Below are positions 39,665 through 54,504 of a stretch of 64,000 nt of DNA, piece by piece. The stretch lies in NCBI GenBank assembly GCA_041483895.1, contig JBGPGO010000005.1, positions 160,001-224,000 of the forward strand, written 5' to 3'. Made by a program: the position numbers and the translations under genes. Positions within the stretch are counted from its first letter, which is position 1. The number at the start of each line of letters is the position of its first letter. The notes beneath the pieces are model-generated. The model was not told the DNA's origin, searched no databases, and was given only the letters and a program-made list of their open reading frames with translations. Source of the DNA: Fimbriimonadia bacterium (GTDB taxonomy: Bacteria > Armatimonadota > Fimbriimonadia > Fimbriimonadales > JABRVX01).

Positions 39665-41022
39665 ACTTACTACGCACTACCGTCTGCCTCGGCCTCCTAA
39701 CATGTTTCGTGACAGGCGCTCCGGCAAACCCGCCAGGCTCCATCATTCAGCAGATAGCGAAAAGCTTTGCGGCAAGCAACATGGTCTCAGTAGACATGCA
39801 GGACTCCGACGTCAAGTCGGTTGTAAAGGGACTTGCGAAACAGCACAACATCAACCTTGTCTTCGCCACCGACCTCATTTCCAAACGAACCCTCAGCCTA
39901 AAGAACGTGACCTTTGACGAGGCTCTCTCACAGCTCATCAAATACGACGGAATGATGTGGCACAAGGACAAGAGCGTGTACGTGGTCGGCACCAAGGAGA
40001 AGCTTGCGGAGATATTTCCCGAGCTGCGTCCCGCCGTCGTCCCAAAAGGCCCGGAACCCGAGATCATCCAGACCGCTTACACCTGTAACCACATCAAGGC
40101 GGGGGAAGCGGTCATCGCCCTGGGCAAACTGTATCCGCCGGAAAGCGGTCTGCTCGTCCTGGCCGCTCCCTCATCCATCACTCCCGGGCTTAGCTCCACC
40201 TATTCCGCAAAGCAAGGGATTAGCGCAAGCCCAATCGCGGAAAGCTCTTCGGAACCGCAGACCGCGCGAACCCTTCTGTTGCGTGGCCCGGCAGAGCTGG
40301 TACAGACAGCATTGGACGCGCTCAAAAAGATGGACCTTCCCCGAAGACAGGTGAATGTCTCTGTCACGATCAGCGACGTATCTGAAGACGCCCTGAAAGA
40401 CCTCGGTTTGGAATGGAGCTGGTCGGGAATCGGTCTCAAGGAACGATCCACGGGAGGAATTGGTTTTGGAAAATACCTCCGGGACCCGTTCAATGTGAGC
40501 TCCGTTTTAAGCGCGTTGGAGACCCAAGGCAAGTCCAAGCTGCTGGCCTCTCCGTCCGTGTCGGTTCTTGACGGCGAGAAGGCGTTCGTGCTCATCGGTC
40601 AGCGCATCCTCTACCCGGTCATCGTCGGCCTAACCCCCAATAACACCCCGATCTTCGACAAGCAGGAAGAGAGGGTCGGCATCTATCTGCAGGTCAGCGC
40701 CGTGATTGCTGACAACGGAGATGTTACGCTCACGCTCTACCCCCAGGTCTCGAGCATCACGGGCTATCTCCAACAGAACGGCGCCAGCTATCCCCAAATA
40801 TCGACTCGGGAAGCGCAAACGACGCTGCGGGTGAAGAACGGACAGCCCATCGTGATTGGCGGCCTGATGCGCGAGGAAGAGGTCAAGCAGATGCAGAAGG
40901 TCCCCGGTCTCGGTGACATCCCGTTCTTTGGGGAGCTGTTCAAGCACCGGAAAACCACCAAAAGCACCTCGCAGATTGTAATCGTGATCGTTCCGACGGT
41001 GCTCGTGGAGAAGGCCCTTTGA
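39661..41022 (+). CDS. Secretin (PilQ/GspD family)
   Basis: D.PRRQV, LGLEWS, LLASP.V..LDGE.A, IGGL, KVPGLGDIP.FG.LFK. Confidence 0.9.
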   Translation: MNLLRTTVCLGLLTCFVTGAPANPPGSIIQQIAKSFAASNMVSVDMQDSDVKSVVKGLAKQHNINLVFATDLISKRTLSLKNVTFDEALSQLIKYDGMMWHKDKSVYVVGTKEKLAEIFPELRPAVVPKGPEPEIIQTAYTCNHIKAGEAVIALGKLYPPESGLLVLAAPSSITPGLSSTYSAKQGISASPIAESSSEPQTARTLLLRGPAELVQTALDALKKMDLPRRQVNVSVTISDVSEDALKDLGLEWSWSGIGLKERSTGGIGFGKYLRDPFNVSSVLSALETQGKSKLLASPSVSVLDGEKAFVLIGQRILYPVIVGLTPNNTPIFDKQEERVGIYLQVSAVIADNGDVTLTLYPQVSSITGYLQQNGASYPQISTREAQTTLRVKNGQPIVIGGLMREEEVKQMQKVPGLGDIPFFGELFKHRKTTKSTSQIVIVIVPTVLVEKAL

Positions 41023-42722
41023 TCGTAGAACGCCCCCTGGCTGAGCTGTTTGTGGAAGAAGGGCTTATCGAGCGCGACGAGCTCAACGGAATCCTTGGCC
41101 AGCGCGAGGACGCAACCGAGCCGATCGGCGACCTGTTGGTGCGGCTCGGCAAGATAACGGAAAAGCAGAAGGCCTATTGTGTCGGAAAGCAGCTAGGGGT
41201 TGCCTTCATCGATCTGGCCCGCTTAGACCTTGACGCCGATGTCGCCCGATCCATCCCGCACTCGACCGCCATTCGACTACTTTCCATCCCGTTCGAGAAA
41301 ACGGTGGACGGCTATTCCGTCGCCATGGTCAACCCGCTCGATATCGCGGCCATCGATGAGCTGCAAGAGCGGATGAACGCAATTGTCGAACCCTATGTCG
41401 CAACGGAAGAAGACATCCGCGACGGGATTTTCCGCACATTCGGCGCCTATGACGACCTTGGAGAAATCGTAGGGGAAGCGATCAAGGGCTTGGACTCTTC
41501 CGAGATCGAGGTCGCCGGGGATGCCGTTGACGACGGCAATATGAACGTTGTCGAGCTCAAGGAGGTGGTGGAAGGCGCGCCGGTAATCAAGCTTGTGAAC
41601 GCCATCTTGGTCCGCGCGATTTCGACCCGCTCCAGCGACATCCATATCGAGCCACATCAACGCCGAGTGCGAATCCGATATCGAATCGACGGCATGCTGC
41701 AAGAGGCTATGGTGCTGCCGAAGGACCTGCAATATCCGCTCACGTCGAGAATCAAAGTTATGGGCGCGATGGACATTGCGGAAAGACGCGTGCCGCAAGA
41801 CGGACGATGCGCCCTCATTACCCATCAAGGCGAGTACGACTTCCGAATCTCCAGCTACCCGACCATCAATGGCGAGAATCTGGTGCTGCGTATCTTGGAC
41901 AAGAAGGCGGCGCGGATCGGCATGAATCACCTCGGCTTTACCCCCGAGGTGCTGGCATTGGTAGAGCAGATGGTGAACGCCCCGCACGGAATGATCATTG
42001 CCACCGGTCCGACCGGTTCGGGCAAGACAACCACACTGTACGCGCTGCTCAACCTATTGAATACAGTCGAGCGCAACGTGATGACGATCGAGGACCCGGT
42101 CGAATATCAGTTGCCCGGAGTGGTGCAGGGAAATGTAAATCCAAAGGCAGGAATCACATTCGCCAACGGCCTTCGCGCCATCCTTCGCCAGGACCCGGAC
42201 GTGCTGTTGGTTGGCGAAATCCGAGACACGGAGACAGCCGAGATCGCGATCGAATCCGCGCTCACCGGCCACTTGGTTCTCTCCAGCCTGCACGCCAACG
42301 ACTGCGCGGGAGCGCTAAGCCGCCTGCTGGACATGGGTATCGAGCCGTTCCTCGTTTCCTCCGCCGCGAATCTCGTGCTTGCGCAGCGCCTGCTCCGTCT
42401 TACCTGCCACAAGTGCCGAATGCCGTACGAGCCAAGCCCGGTCTTGCTCCAGGAGATGGGGCTCGATCCGGGGCTGCATTATGAACATGGTCTCGGCTGC
42501 GACTACTGCGCGCGGACCGGTTACCGAGGCCGATCGGCTGCCTACGAGGCGATGGAAATCTCTCCCCAAATACAGAAGCTGATCATGCGCAAATCCACCT
42601 CGGCCCAGATCAAATTGGAGGCAATGAATCAGGGCATGACCTCACTGCGAGACAATGCGGTTGCCAAAGTGCAGGAGGGAGAAACAACACCGGAGGAGGT
42701 CGCAAGAGCAACGCTCGAATAG
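41019..42722 (+). CDS. pilB: PilB/GspE assembly ATPase with an MshEN-like N-terminus
   Basis: SDIHIEP, GPTGSGKTTT, TIEDPVEY, LRQDPD..LVGEIRD, CxxC...CxxC. Confidence 0.9.
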   Translation: MIVERPLAELFVEEGLIERDELNGILGQREDATEPIGDLLVRLGKITEKQKAYCVGKQLGVAFIDLARLDLDADVARSIPHSTAIRLLSIPFEKTVDGYSVAMVNPLDIAAIDELQERMNAIVEPYVATEEDIRDGIFRTFGAYDDLGEIVGEAIKGLDSSEIEVAGDAVDDGNMNVVELKEVVEGAPVIKLVNAILVRAISTRSSDIHIEPHQRRVRIRYRIDGMLQEAMVLPKDLQYPLTSRIKVMGAMDIAERRVPQDGRCALITHQGEYDFRISSYPTINGENLVLRILDKKAARIGMNHLGFTPEVLALVEQMVNAPHGMIIATGPTGSGKTTTLYALLNLLNTVERNVMTIEDPVEYQLPGVVQGNVNPKAGITFANGLRAILRQDPDVLLVGEIRDTETAEIAIESALTGHLVLSSLHANDCAGALSRLLDMGIEPFLVSSAANLVLAQRLLRLTCHKCRMPYEPSPVLLQEMGLDPGLHYEHGLGCDYCARTGYRGRSAAYEAMEISPQIQKLIMRKSTSAQIKLEAMNQGMTSLRDNAVAKVQEGETTPEEVARATLE

Positions 42723-42724
42723 CC

Positions 42725-43966
42725 ATGCCAGTATTTGAATTCAAAGCATACGAGGCAAATGGGGTCAGAGTGTTGGACTCCATCGAAGCCGATACCGAAC
42801 AGCAGGCCTTCCGCCGCCTTGCCGCCCGCGGATTGACCGTCGCATCTCTCCGGATGCGCGAACGCAGGATCACGAAGCGCGCATTGGCGCAGCAATTGGA
42901 ATCCGGCGCGAAAGCCGGCTTCTTCCGCAAGAAGCTGAAACAAGAGGACATCGTTGCCGCCTGCCGCGAGCTATCCATCATGGTGGGCGCGGGCATACCT
43001 GTCACCGAAGCTCTTGTGGCATTGCGAGACCATGCGAAGCACCCGACCCTGCACGATGCCCTCGATCGCATCGTCACGGATGTCGCGGGCGGATCGACTC
43101 TATCCAACGCCCTGCGATCCGTGCCGCACGTGTTCCCTATCTACTTCGCGGACATCGTCCATGTGGCGGAAGAGGGCGGGAATCTGGTGAACGCACTGGA
43201 AACGGGTTCGACCCAAATGGAGCAGTCGTTGGATCTGCGCAAAAAAGTTATGTCGGCGCTCCTTTACCCGTCGTTGCTTCTTGGCGTTTCGCTCATCACT
43301 GTAACGCTGCTGGTCGTTTTCGTCCTGCCCCGGTTTTCAAAAATATTTCAGAATATGAAGGTCGAGATTCCGACTACCACCAAGATGCTTCTCTCGTCCA
43401 GCCTCTTTCTCGAACACAACTGGCTATTCGTTCTCGGAGGTCTAGTCATCGTTGTGGCGGCTCACAGGCGTCTTCTTAAAGAGCGAGGGTTTGCGACTTC
43501 TTGGACGAAGCTCATGATGATGATTCCGATCGCGGGGGACATTATTCGCAAGCTCGCCATTTCCCGTGCGCTGTCCGTGCTCAGCTCGATGCTCGCGTCG
43601 AACGTGCCTCTGATGGCCGCTTTGAGCCACGCCGCTCGAATTTCCGGAAACCTCGTCATCGAAGACGGGCTGATCCAAGTAGCCCGGCGCGTGGAGTCTG
43701 GCCGTAGCTTCGCTGAATCGCTGGACGATGCGGCCATCGTCCCGCCGGTTGTGGTGCAGATGGCATCGGTCGGCGAAAAGACCGGCACGTTGGGTCAGGT
43801 CATGGGCAGAACCGCCGAGTTCTTTCAAAACGACGTGGAGAATAGCTTGAAGTCGCTGACCTCGATCATCGAGCCGGTCATGATCGTGGCTCTTGGCGTG
43901 TTCGTGGGATTTATCACCCTGTCCGTCATCACCCCCATCTACACTCTCGTGGGGTCCGTTAAATGA
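42725..43966 (+). CDS. pilC: PilC/GspF platform protein
   Basis: M..AGIP, E.GG.L, AL.YP, GE.TG.L, IEP motifs. Confidence 0.9.
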   Translation: MPVFEFKAYEANGVRVLDSIEADTEQQAFRRLAARGLTVASLRMRERRITKRALAQQLESGAKAGFFRKKLKQEDIVAACRELSIMVGAGIPVTEALVALRDHAKHPTLHDALDRIVTDVAGGSTLSNALRSVPHVFPIYFADIVHVAEEGGNLVNALETGSTQMEQSLDLRKKVMSALLYPSLLLGVSLITVTLLVVFVLPRFSKIFQNMKVEIPTTTKMLLSSSLFLEHNWLFVLGGLVIVVAAHRRLLKERGFATSWTKLMMMIPIAGDIIRKLAISRALSVLSSMLASNVPLMAALSHAARISGNLVIEDGLIQVARRVESGRSFAESLDDAAIVPPVVVQMASVGEKTGTLGQVMGRTAEFFQNDVENSLKSLTSIIEPVMIVALGVFVGFITLSVITPIYTLVGSVK

Positions 43967-44385
43967 AGCGAAGAGGATTTACCATTGTCGATGTCCTCGT
44001 CACGATTATCCTGATGGGAATCATGGCGTCGATCATCATTCCAAAGATCTATGGCGTTCAGGCGAGGGCGCGTCTGAGCGCCCAAATAGAGCTGCTAGCA
44101 ATCTACAACCATGCGTCGCTCCGCTGCCAGACCGACACCGACATGTTCGTCAACGACCTCAAAGAACTGACGTCGGAAACCTCACCTGATACGGGTCTTG
44201 CTCCGGACGGCAGCGTCGTCGCGAGGCGCAAGCCGCTCTGGCGCGGGCCGTATGTTTCCGGCGTCCAAAACGACCCCGTGTCCGATCTGGGCTTCAAATA
44301 TGTTACGAAAGGCCGGCGCATCGGCACCGTTCTGCCCCCGGACGGAGTGGAGGAATCGGGAGAGGTAACGGTCAAGGAAACATAG
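43963..44385 (+). CDS. GspG-like pseudopilin
   Basis: RGFTIVDVLV (Asp in place of Glu5); WRGPYV...DP. Confidence 0.75.
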   Translation: MKRRGFTIVDVLVTIILMGIMASIIIPKIYGVQARARLSAQIELLAIYNHASLRCQTDTDMFVNDLKELTSETSPDTGLAPDGSVVARRKPLWRGPYVSGVQNDPVSDLGFKYVTKGRRIGTVLPPDGVEESGEVTVKET

Positions 44386-44530
44386 GTACCCATTAACGGG
44401 GACACCGCAAACCAACCTGGAAACACGTCTCCTTTGCCCGAAATCCAAGCAGATGCACCGGTAAACCGGATGGTAGCCGGCGCCTGATCCGTGGAATTAA
44501 CGCTATGGCTAACCGCAGCAGGAGGGGATC

Positions 44531-44974
44531 ATGGTGCTGGATATTGGGAAGACGAGGAACAGAGCGTTCACGCTCATAGAAGTTTTGGTAGTTGTGGTCG
44601 TTATCGCGATCTTGGCGGCAGTCGTGCTGCCGAAGTTTGTGAATTCCGGCCTGCGCGGCAAAGAGGCGGCGCTTCGGGCCAACCTCAAGCTCGTACGGAA
44701 CGCGGCCGAAATGTTTCACAACGACTGCGACGCATGGCCAGCCGCGTTGCTCGACCTGACGGTATCCCCGGCACCGGCCAACGGCAAGGATGACGCGGGC
44801 AGCGCGAAGGCGATCACCGCCGCGAATTGGAAAGGCCCGTATCTCTCGTCCATCGAGAAAGATCCGGTCTCTGCCGCGGATCTGACCTACTCCGTGGCCG
44901 CCGGGACCGTTGGCAAGGTTAACTCCAGCGCAACGGGTAGCGACACAGCGGGCGTCGCGTACAGCGCGTATTAG
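44531..44974 (+). CDS. Major pilin/pseudopilin (GspG-like)
   Basis: AGGAGG RBS; RAFTLIEVLVVVVVIAILAAVVLP; WKGPYL...DP. Confidence 0.85.
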   Translation: MVLDIGKTRNRAFTLIEVLVVVVVIAILAAVVLPKFVNSGLRGKEAALRANLKLVRNAAEMFHNDCDAWPAALLDLTVSPAPANGKDDAGSAKAITAANWKGPYLSSIEKDPVSAADLTYSVAAGTVGKVNSSATGSDTAGVAYSAY

Positions 44975-44997
44975 GAAGAGCGACTGCGACATTCCAT

Positions 44998-45030
44998 GGC
45001 CGGGTATCTGCCCAGATACCCGGCCCTTTT
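44998..45030 (+). terminator. Rho-independent terminator
   Basis: GGCCGGGTATCTG-CC-CAGATACCCGGCC followed by CTTTT. Confidence 0.7.
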
Positions 45031-45036
45031 GCTTAA

Positions 45037-45073
45037 CCCCCTCCCCCGCTTGCGGGGATGGCTGGGGTGGGGG
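45037..45073. repeat. Family D palindromic repeat (intergenic copy)
   Basis: Reverse complement CCCCCACCCCAGCCATCCCCGCAAGCGGGGGAGGGGG closely matches 5337-5372. Confidence 0.7.
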
Positions 45074-45159
45074 CCGTTGCGCCGGGGTCCTCGTCTGCCG
45101 ATACCTTCCCAAATGCCGACCCCAAAGACCCCGGCGCTAGGCTAGGTAGACTCCCCGAC

Positions 45160-46353
45160 ATGGACTTCGCCCTCACCCAGGAACACGACCTGATCCGCCA
45201 ATCCGCACGCCAGTTCGCCGAACGCGAAATCGCCCCAGGGATAAGGGAACGCGACCGCGCCGCAAAAGCGGACCCCGAGAGCATCCACAAAATGGGACAG
45301 GCCGGACTGCTCGGCGTCTCCATCCCGGCAAAATACGGGGGCCAAGACACGGATTACATCAGCCTGGGCCTGGTAAGCGAGGAGCTGGAGCGCGTGGACA
45401 GCACCGCCCGCGTCGTGATCTCGGTCCACGTCGGCCTCAACAGCCTCTCCATGCTCCAATGGGGCAACGAGGACCAGCGCCAACGCTTCCTCGTCCCGCA
45501 GGCGCGGGGCGAGAAGATCGCCGCCTTCGCCCTGACCGAACCCAACGCAGGGTCGGACGTGCTGGGAATGCGGTCGACGGCGGTGCGGGACGGCGACCAC
45601 TACGTGCTGAATGGCGAAAAGACCTGGATCAGCCTGGCCAACATCGCCGACAACTTCCTGGTGTTCGCCTACACCGACCGGGAGGCGCGGCACCGGGGCA
45701 TCACGGCCTTCGTCGTCGAGCGCGGGATGGACGGTTTTTCCAGCACCGCTATCCACGGAAAGCTGGGCGTTCGGGCGGGCGACACCGGCTCCATCATGTT
45801 CCAAGACATGCGGGTGCCATTAGAGAATAGAATTGGTGAGGAAGGAGAAGGGTTCAAGATTGCGATGGCAAGCTTAGACAATGGGCGCTATACCGTGGCC
45901 GCCGGGTCGGTCGGGATCATCGTCGCATGCTTAGAGGCCAGCGCCAAATATTGCCACGAGCGCAAAACCGCCGGCGTGGAGATCGGAAAGCACCAGTTGG
46001 TGCAGCAAATGATCGCGAACATGGTGGCGGGCCGGGAGATCGGGCGGCTGCTCTACTACAAAGTGGGGTGGCTGAAAAACAAAGGGGAGCGCTGCACGCG
46101 CGAGGTCAGCCTGGCCAAATGGACCAACTGCAACAACGCCTTCCAGGCCGCCAACGACGCGGTGGAGATTCACGGGGCCTATGGCTATTGCGACGACTTC
46201 CCGGTCGAGCGCTACCTTCGCAATTCCCGTGGCTCCGTAATCTACGAAGGCACGCGGGAGATCCATACCCTGATGCAGGCGGAATACGAACTCGGCTACC
46301 GCGAGGACAGACCGCTCAACCACCCACTCCCTGGCTGGCCCTTTACCGGCTAA
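45160..46353 (+). CDS. Acyl-CoA dehydrogenase
   Basis: FALTEPNAGSD, LNGEKTWIS, KLG.RA..T, IHGAYGY, IYEGT. Confidence 0.93.
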   Translation: MDFALTQEHDLIRQSARQFAEREIAPGIRERDRAAKADPESIHKMGQAGLLGVSIPAKYGGQDTDYISLGLVSEELERVDSTARVVISVHVGLNSLSMLQWGNEDQRQRFLVPQARGEKIAAFALTEPNAGSDVLGMRSTAVRDGDHYVLNGEKTWISLANIADNFLVFAYTDREARHRGITAFVVERGMDGFSSTAIHGKLGVRAGDTGSIMFQDMRVPLENRIGEEGEGFKIAMASLDNGRYTVAAGSVGIIVACLEASAKYCHERKTAGVEIGKHQLVQQMIANMVAGREIGRLLYYKVGWLKNKGERCTREVSLAKWTNCNNAFQAANDAVEIHGAYGYCDDFPVERYLRNSRGSVIYEGTREIHTLMQAEYELGYREDRPLNHPLPGWPFTG

Positions 46354-46879
46354 CCGTTTCCGCCTTTTCCGGCAGCTTGCGGTCCAGCCGTTCTTTGCCG
46401 TTCTGGATCGTGTTCATCACGCGCGACACGGCCTGCTCCAGTTCGTCCAGCACGTCCACCGCGTACTGGTCCGCCCCGCGTTTCAGCGCCCTAAGCTCGT
46501 CCTGCGCCCGGTCCAGCAGTTCCTTGCTCTGCGCCTGCGAAAGCCGCAATACCTCGCTCTCGTCCACCATCCGCGCCTGCTGAATCGTGGCCTGCTCCAC
46601 AATCCGCGCAGCATCCACGCGCGCATCTGCGACGATCTTCTCCACGTCCTTTAACGCCCGATCCATGTTGGCCTGCGCGTCCTGCTGCGCCCCCGCGATA
46701 ATCCGCTCGCTCTCCTTGGTCAGCTTGTCCGCGCTCTTCACCTGTTCCGGCAGCGACGCGCGAATCTTGCTGAGCAGCATGATGCTCTCTTCCCGCTGAA
46801 AGCCCCAGTAAAGCCCGAAAAACTGTTTCGGATGCTCCAGTTCTGTCCGCAGGTCCTCAATCATCTTCAAAATATCCAT
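46343..46879 (-). CDS. Conserved coiled-coil protein downstream of coaD
   Basis: IRASLP.Q...A, repeated A..I...A heptads, GADQYA...L; typical position after coaD. Confidence 0.75.
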   Translation of the reverse strand: MDILKMIEDLRTELEHPKQFFGLYWGFQREESIMLLSKIRASLPEQVKSADKLTKESERIIAGAQQDAQANMDRALKDVEKIVADARVDAARIVEQATIQQARMVDESEVLRLSQAQSKELLDRAQDELRALKRGADQYAVDVLDELEQAVSRVMNTIQNGKERLDRKLPEKAETVSR

Positions 46880-46893
46880 GTTCCTCTTCCCTG

Positions 46894-47379
46894 CTATGAA
46901 AATCCCAAACGCGCCCGCAATCGTTTCTCCACGCTCGCCGGCACCCAACTCGATACATTTCCACCCATCGCCCCGATCTCCTTGACGATGCTGGACGATA
47001 GATACGAGTATTCCTGGTTGGTCATCAAAAACACCGTCTCGATGCCCGACTCCAACACGCGATTGGCCGCCGCCATCGCCAGCTCATACTCGAAATCCGA
47101 TACCGCTCGCAGACCCTTCACAATCGCGCACGCGCCTTGATCGACCGCGAATTGTATAAGTAGGCCGTCGAAAGATTGTACACTAACGTTCGCGAGCGGC
47201 GCGCAACATTCCCGCAGCATCTCCACCCGTTCTTCGACAGAGAACAGCGTGCCTTTCGCCGGGTTCGTGCCCACCCCTACAACCAGGCGATCGTATTGGG
47301 CGGAGGCGCGCTGGATGATATCCAAATGCCCCATGGTGGGAGGGTCGAAACTGCCGGGACAGACGGCGATACGGCTCAT
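46894..47379 (-). CDS. coaD: Phosphopantetheine adenylyltransferase
   Basis: PGSFDPPT.GHLDII.R, GLRAVSDFEYE, SSSIVKE. Confidence 0.97.
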   Translation of the reverse strand: MSRIAVCPGSFDPPTMGHLDIIQRASAQYDRLVVGVGTNPAKGTLFSVEERVEMLRECCAPLANVSVQSFDGLLIQFAVDQGACAIVKGLRAVSDFEYELAMAAANRVLESGIETVFLMTNQEYSYLSSSIVKEIGAMGGNVSSWVPASVEKRLRARLGFS

Positions 47380-47389
47380 AGAACCTATT

Positions 47390-48112
47390 TTAGCCCGGAA
47401 ACTTCGGTTCGGAGTCGAACCCGGCCATCGGTTTCTGCGGCTTTGCCATCGGGAGGGGTTTAGAAGACTTTGTCGCCACAACCGCCGCATCGATAACTGA
47501 GTACAACCAGACGACAAAACTGACGAACAGCGCCATCGTGACGTAGAAGTCCAACCCTCCGCTTTTTAGGCGCGCGCCCGCAGCGAGATGGAGCATATTA
47601 TTAATCGAGGCGCTGAAGCTGGCATTGGTAAGGCAGACGATCGCGAGCACAACGGAGATACCGAGAATTATCCCGCCCTTTACCGTCTGCCCATTGTAAA
47701 TCTGCCCCGATCCGGGGATAACCAGACCCATCAAGAGCGCCATGCCGGGCTTTCTCGGAGGTCCGTATTGTTGCTTTGCCAGCTCGGGATTCGCGAGAAT
47801 CATCTCCATCCGTTCCCGTTCGAACCGCTTTTCTTGAAGTTGGAAGACAGCCGAAGCGTGCTTTTTATCCGCGCTCACTCGCCCCGGCTCCAATTCCAGC
47901 GCCTTGGCGAATGCGTCCCGCGCTTCCTCAACCTGCCCGATCTCCATCAGCATGTCGCCCTTGGATTCCCACACGGCGGGATCGTCGGGCGCCAGGTCGG
48001 CAGCGCGGCGCAAAAGCTCGGCCGCGGTCCCCTTGTCGCCCCGCATCTGCTGAATGTGGGACTCTCGCAGCAACCTCTCGACCTCGGCGGATTGTGGCTT
48101 CAGCGGATCCAA
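47390..48112 (-). CDS. TPR-repeat membrane protein
   Basis: TPR pattern, then PG.GQIYNGQ..KG and TM helices. Confidence 0.75.
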   Translation of the reverse strand: MDPLKPQSAEVERLLRESHIQQMRGDKGTAAELLRRAADLAPDDPAVWESKGDMLMEIGQVEEARDAFAKALELEPGRVSADKKHASAVFQLQEKRFERERMEMILANPELAKQQYGPPRKPGMALLMGLVIPGSGQIYNGQTVKGGIILGISVVLAIVCLTNASFSASINNMLHLAAGARLKSGGLDFYVTMALFVSFVVWLYSVIDAAVVATKSSKPLPMAKPQKPMAGFDSEPKFPG

Positions 48113-48466
48113 TTAGGGTTCCGCCCTCATCTCTTCTATCATGGGCATACGGCTCCAAAACTGTTCAAGCCCATAGTATTGACGTTGGTCGGCCTGCATA
48201 ACGTGCACAATCACGTCGCCAAAATCCAATAAAACCCAGGTGGCCTGTGGCAGCCCCTCCAGCCCGATGTGTCTCACCTTTGCGTCCTTGAGATCTCGTT
48301 GGACGCGTTCGGTAATGGCTTTGACATGTACGTCGGAAGTCCCGGAGCAGATGATGAGATAGTCGGCGAGGCTGGTCTTGCCCTGAATGTCGATGACATT
48401 GATTTCGACCGCCTTGCCTTCCTCCATGGATGCCACAATGTTGTCGCGTAGCTGTTCTGAAGTCAT
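48113..48466 (-). CDS. rsfS: Ribosomal silencing factor RsfS
   Basis: KA..I.VID, DY.IICSG.S..HV.AI, WVLLDFGDVIVHVM...R.YY.LE..W. Confidence 0.95.
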   Translation of the reverse strand: MTSEQLRDNIVASMEEGKAVEINVIDIQGKTSLADYLIICSGTSDVHVKAITERVQRDLKDAKVRHIGLEGLPQATWVLLDFGDVIVHVMQADQRQYYGLEQFWSRMPMIEEMRAEP

Positions 48467-48477
48467 TCCCCTAGAGA

Positions 48478-49083
48478 TTACCCGCTCTTGCCGTATAGCT
48501 TGTGTTCCAGGATGAACCGTTCGACCCGCTCCGGAACGAGGCCGTGCGGCCCTCCCCCCGCCCGAATCTCCGTGGACGACACCTCCAGCACCGGAACATG
48601 CAATTGCCCGATCTGTCCGATTCGTCCGATAGGTCCGATCCATTCCGCCGGTAGCTTGGATTGCAGGGCCCTCCAGGATACGCCGCCGCGCTCCACAGCC
48701 ACGACACGGCACAGCGACAGGAGCGCATCCGGCTCGCGCCAATCGGGCAGGGTGAGCAGCGAATCGGTGCCGGTCAGGAACCACCACCGGTATCCTGGAT
48801 GGCTGCGTGTCAGCGCGCGCACAGTATCGATGGAGTAGCTGAGCGCGGGCCGAACCAGCTCTAGGTCGCACACCCGCAGCAATGCATCCCCTTCGGCGGC
48901 GAGCCGGCACATCGCCAATCTTTCTTCACCGGAAGCATCGGGGTCTGGCTTCAACGGCTGCCGATTCGCGGGGATAATCCATACTTCGGCCAACCCCAAC
49001 TCCCGCGCGGATTCTCTTGCCAACCGTAAATGTCCGTTGTGAATGGGATCGAAACTGCCACCCAAAACGCCTGCGTCGATCAC
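48478..49083 (-). CDS. nadD: Nicotinate-nucleotide adenylyltransferase
   Basis: GGSFDPIHNGH, SYSIDTV, G.DS, VSSTEIR, Y/FI..H.LY. Confidence 0.93.
   Translation of the reverse strand: MIDAGVLGGSFDPIHNGHLRLARESARELGLAEVWIIPANRQPLKPDPDASGEERLAMCRLAAEGDALLRVCDLELVRPALSYSIDTVRALTRSHPGYRWWFLTGTDSLLTLPDWREPDALLSLCRVVAVERGGVSWRALQSKLPAEWIGPIGRIGQIGQLHVPVLEVSSTEIRAGGGPHGLVPERVERFILEHKLYGKSG
48606..48641. repeat. 9-bp tandem repeat (x4) in nadD, family E
   Basis: gcccgatct gtccgattc gtccgatag gtccgatcc, encoding IGPIGRIGQIGQ. Confidence 0.7.
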
Positions 49084-49104
49084 GGATGAGCCCCCCCGAC
49101 AGGC

Positions 49105-49251
49105 GATGTGTTTGGGTCCTCGCCCGCCGCAACGAAACTGATGCCACTGGCCCAAGACCCAAACACGGGCGGGGGATGAAATGTGGATGATGTGTTTGGG
49201 TCCTCGCCCGCCGGAACGTAACTCACGCAGCAAACCCAAGACCCAAACACA

Positions 49252-49253
<2 letters not shown>
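49105..49253. repeat. Two tandem MITE-like elements with terminal inverted repeats, family F
   Basis: GATGTGTTTGGGTCCTCGCCCGCCG...CCCAAGACCCAAACAC at 49105-49166 and 49189-49253. Confidence 0.8.
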
Positions 49254-54412
<5,159 letters not shown>

Positions 54413-54504
54413 TTCCATCCACTGCTGTGCCAACACAAGCACATTGTGGACGCTGAATTGCCGCCTGACGAACAGTGCGAAACGTAGGCTTGCTGGGCCA
54501 GACC

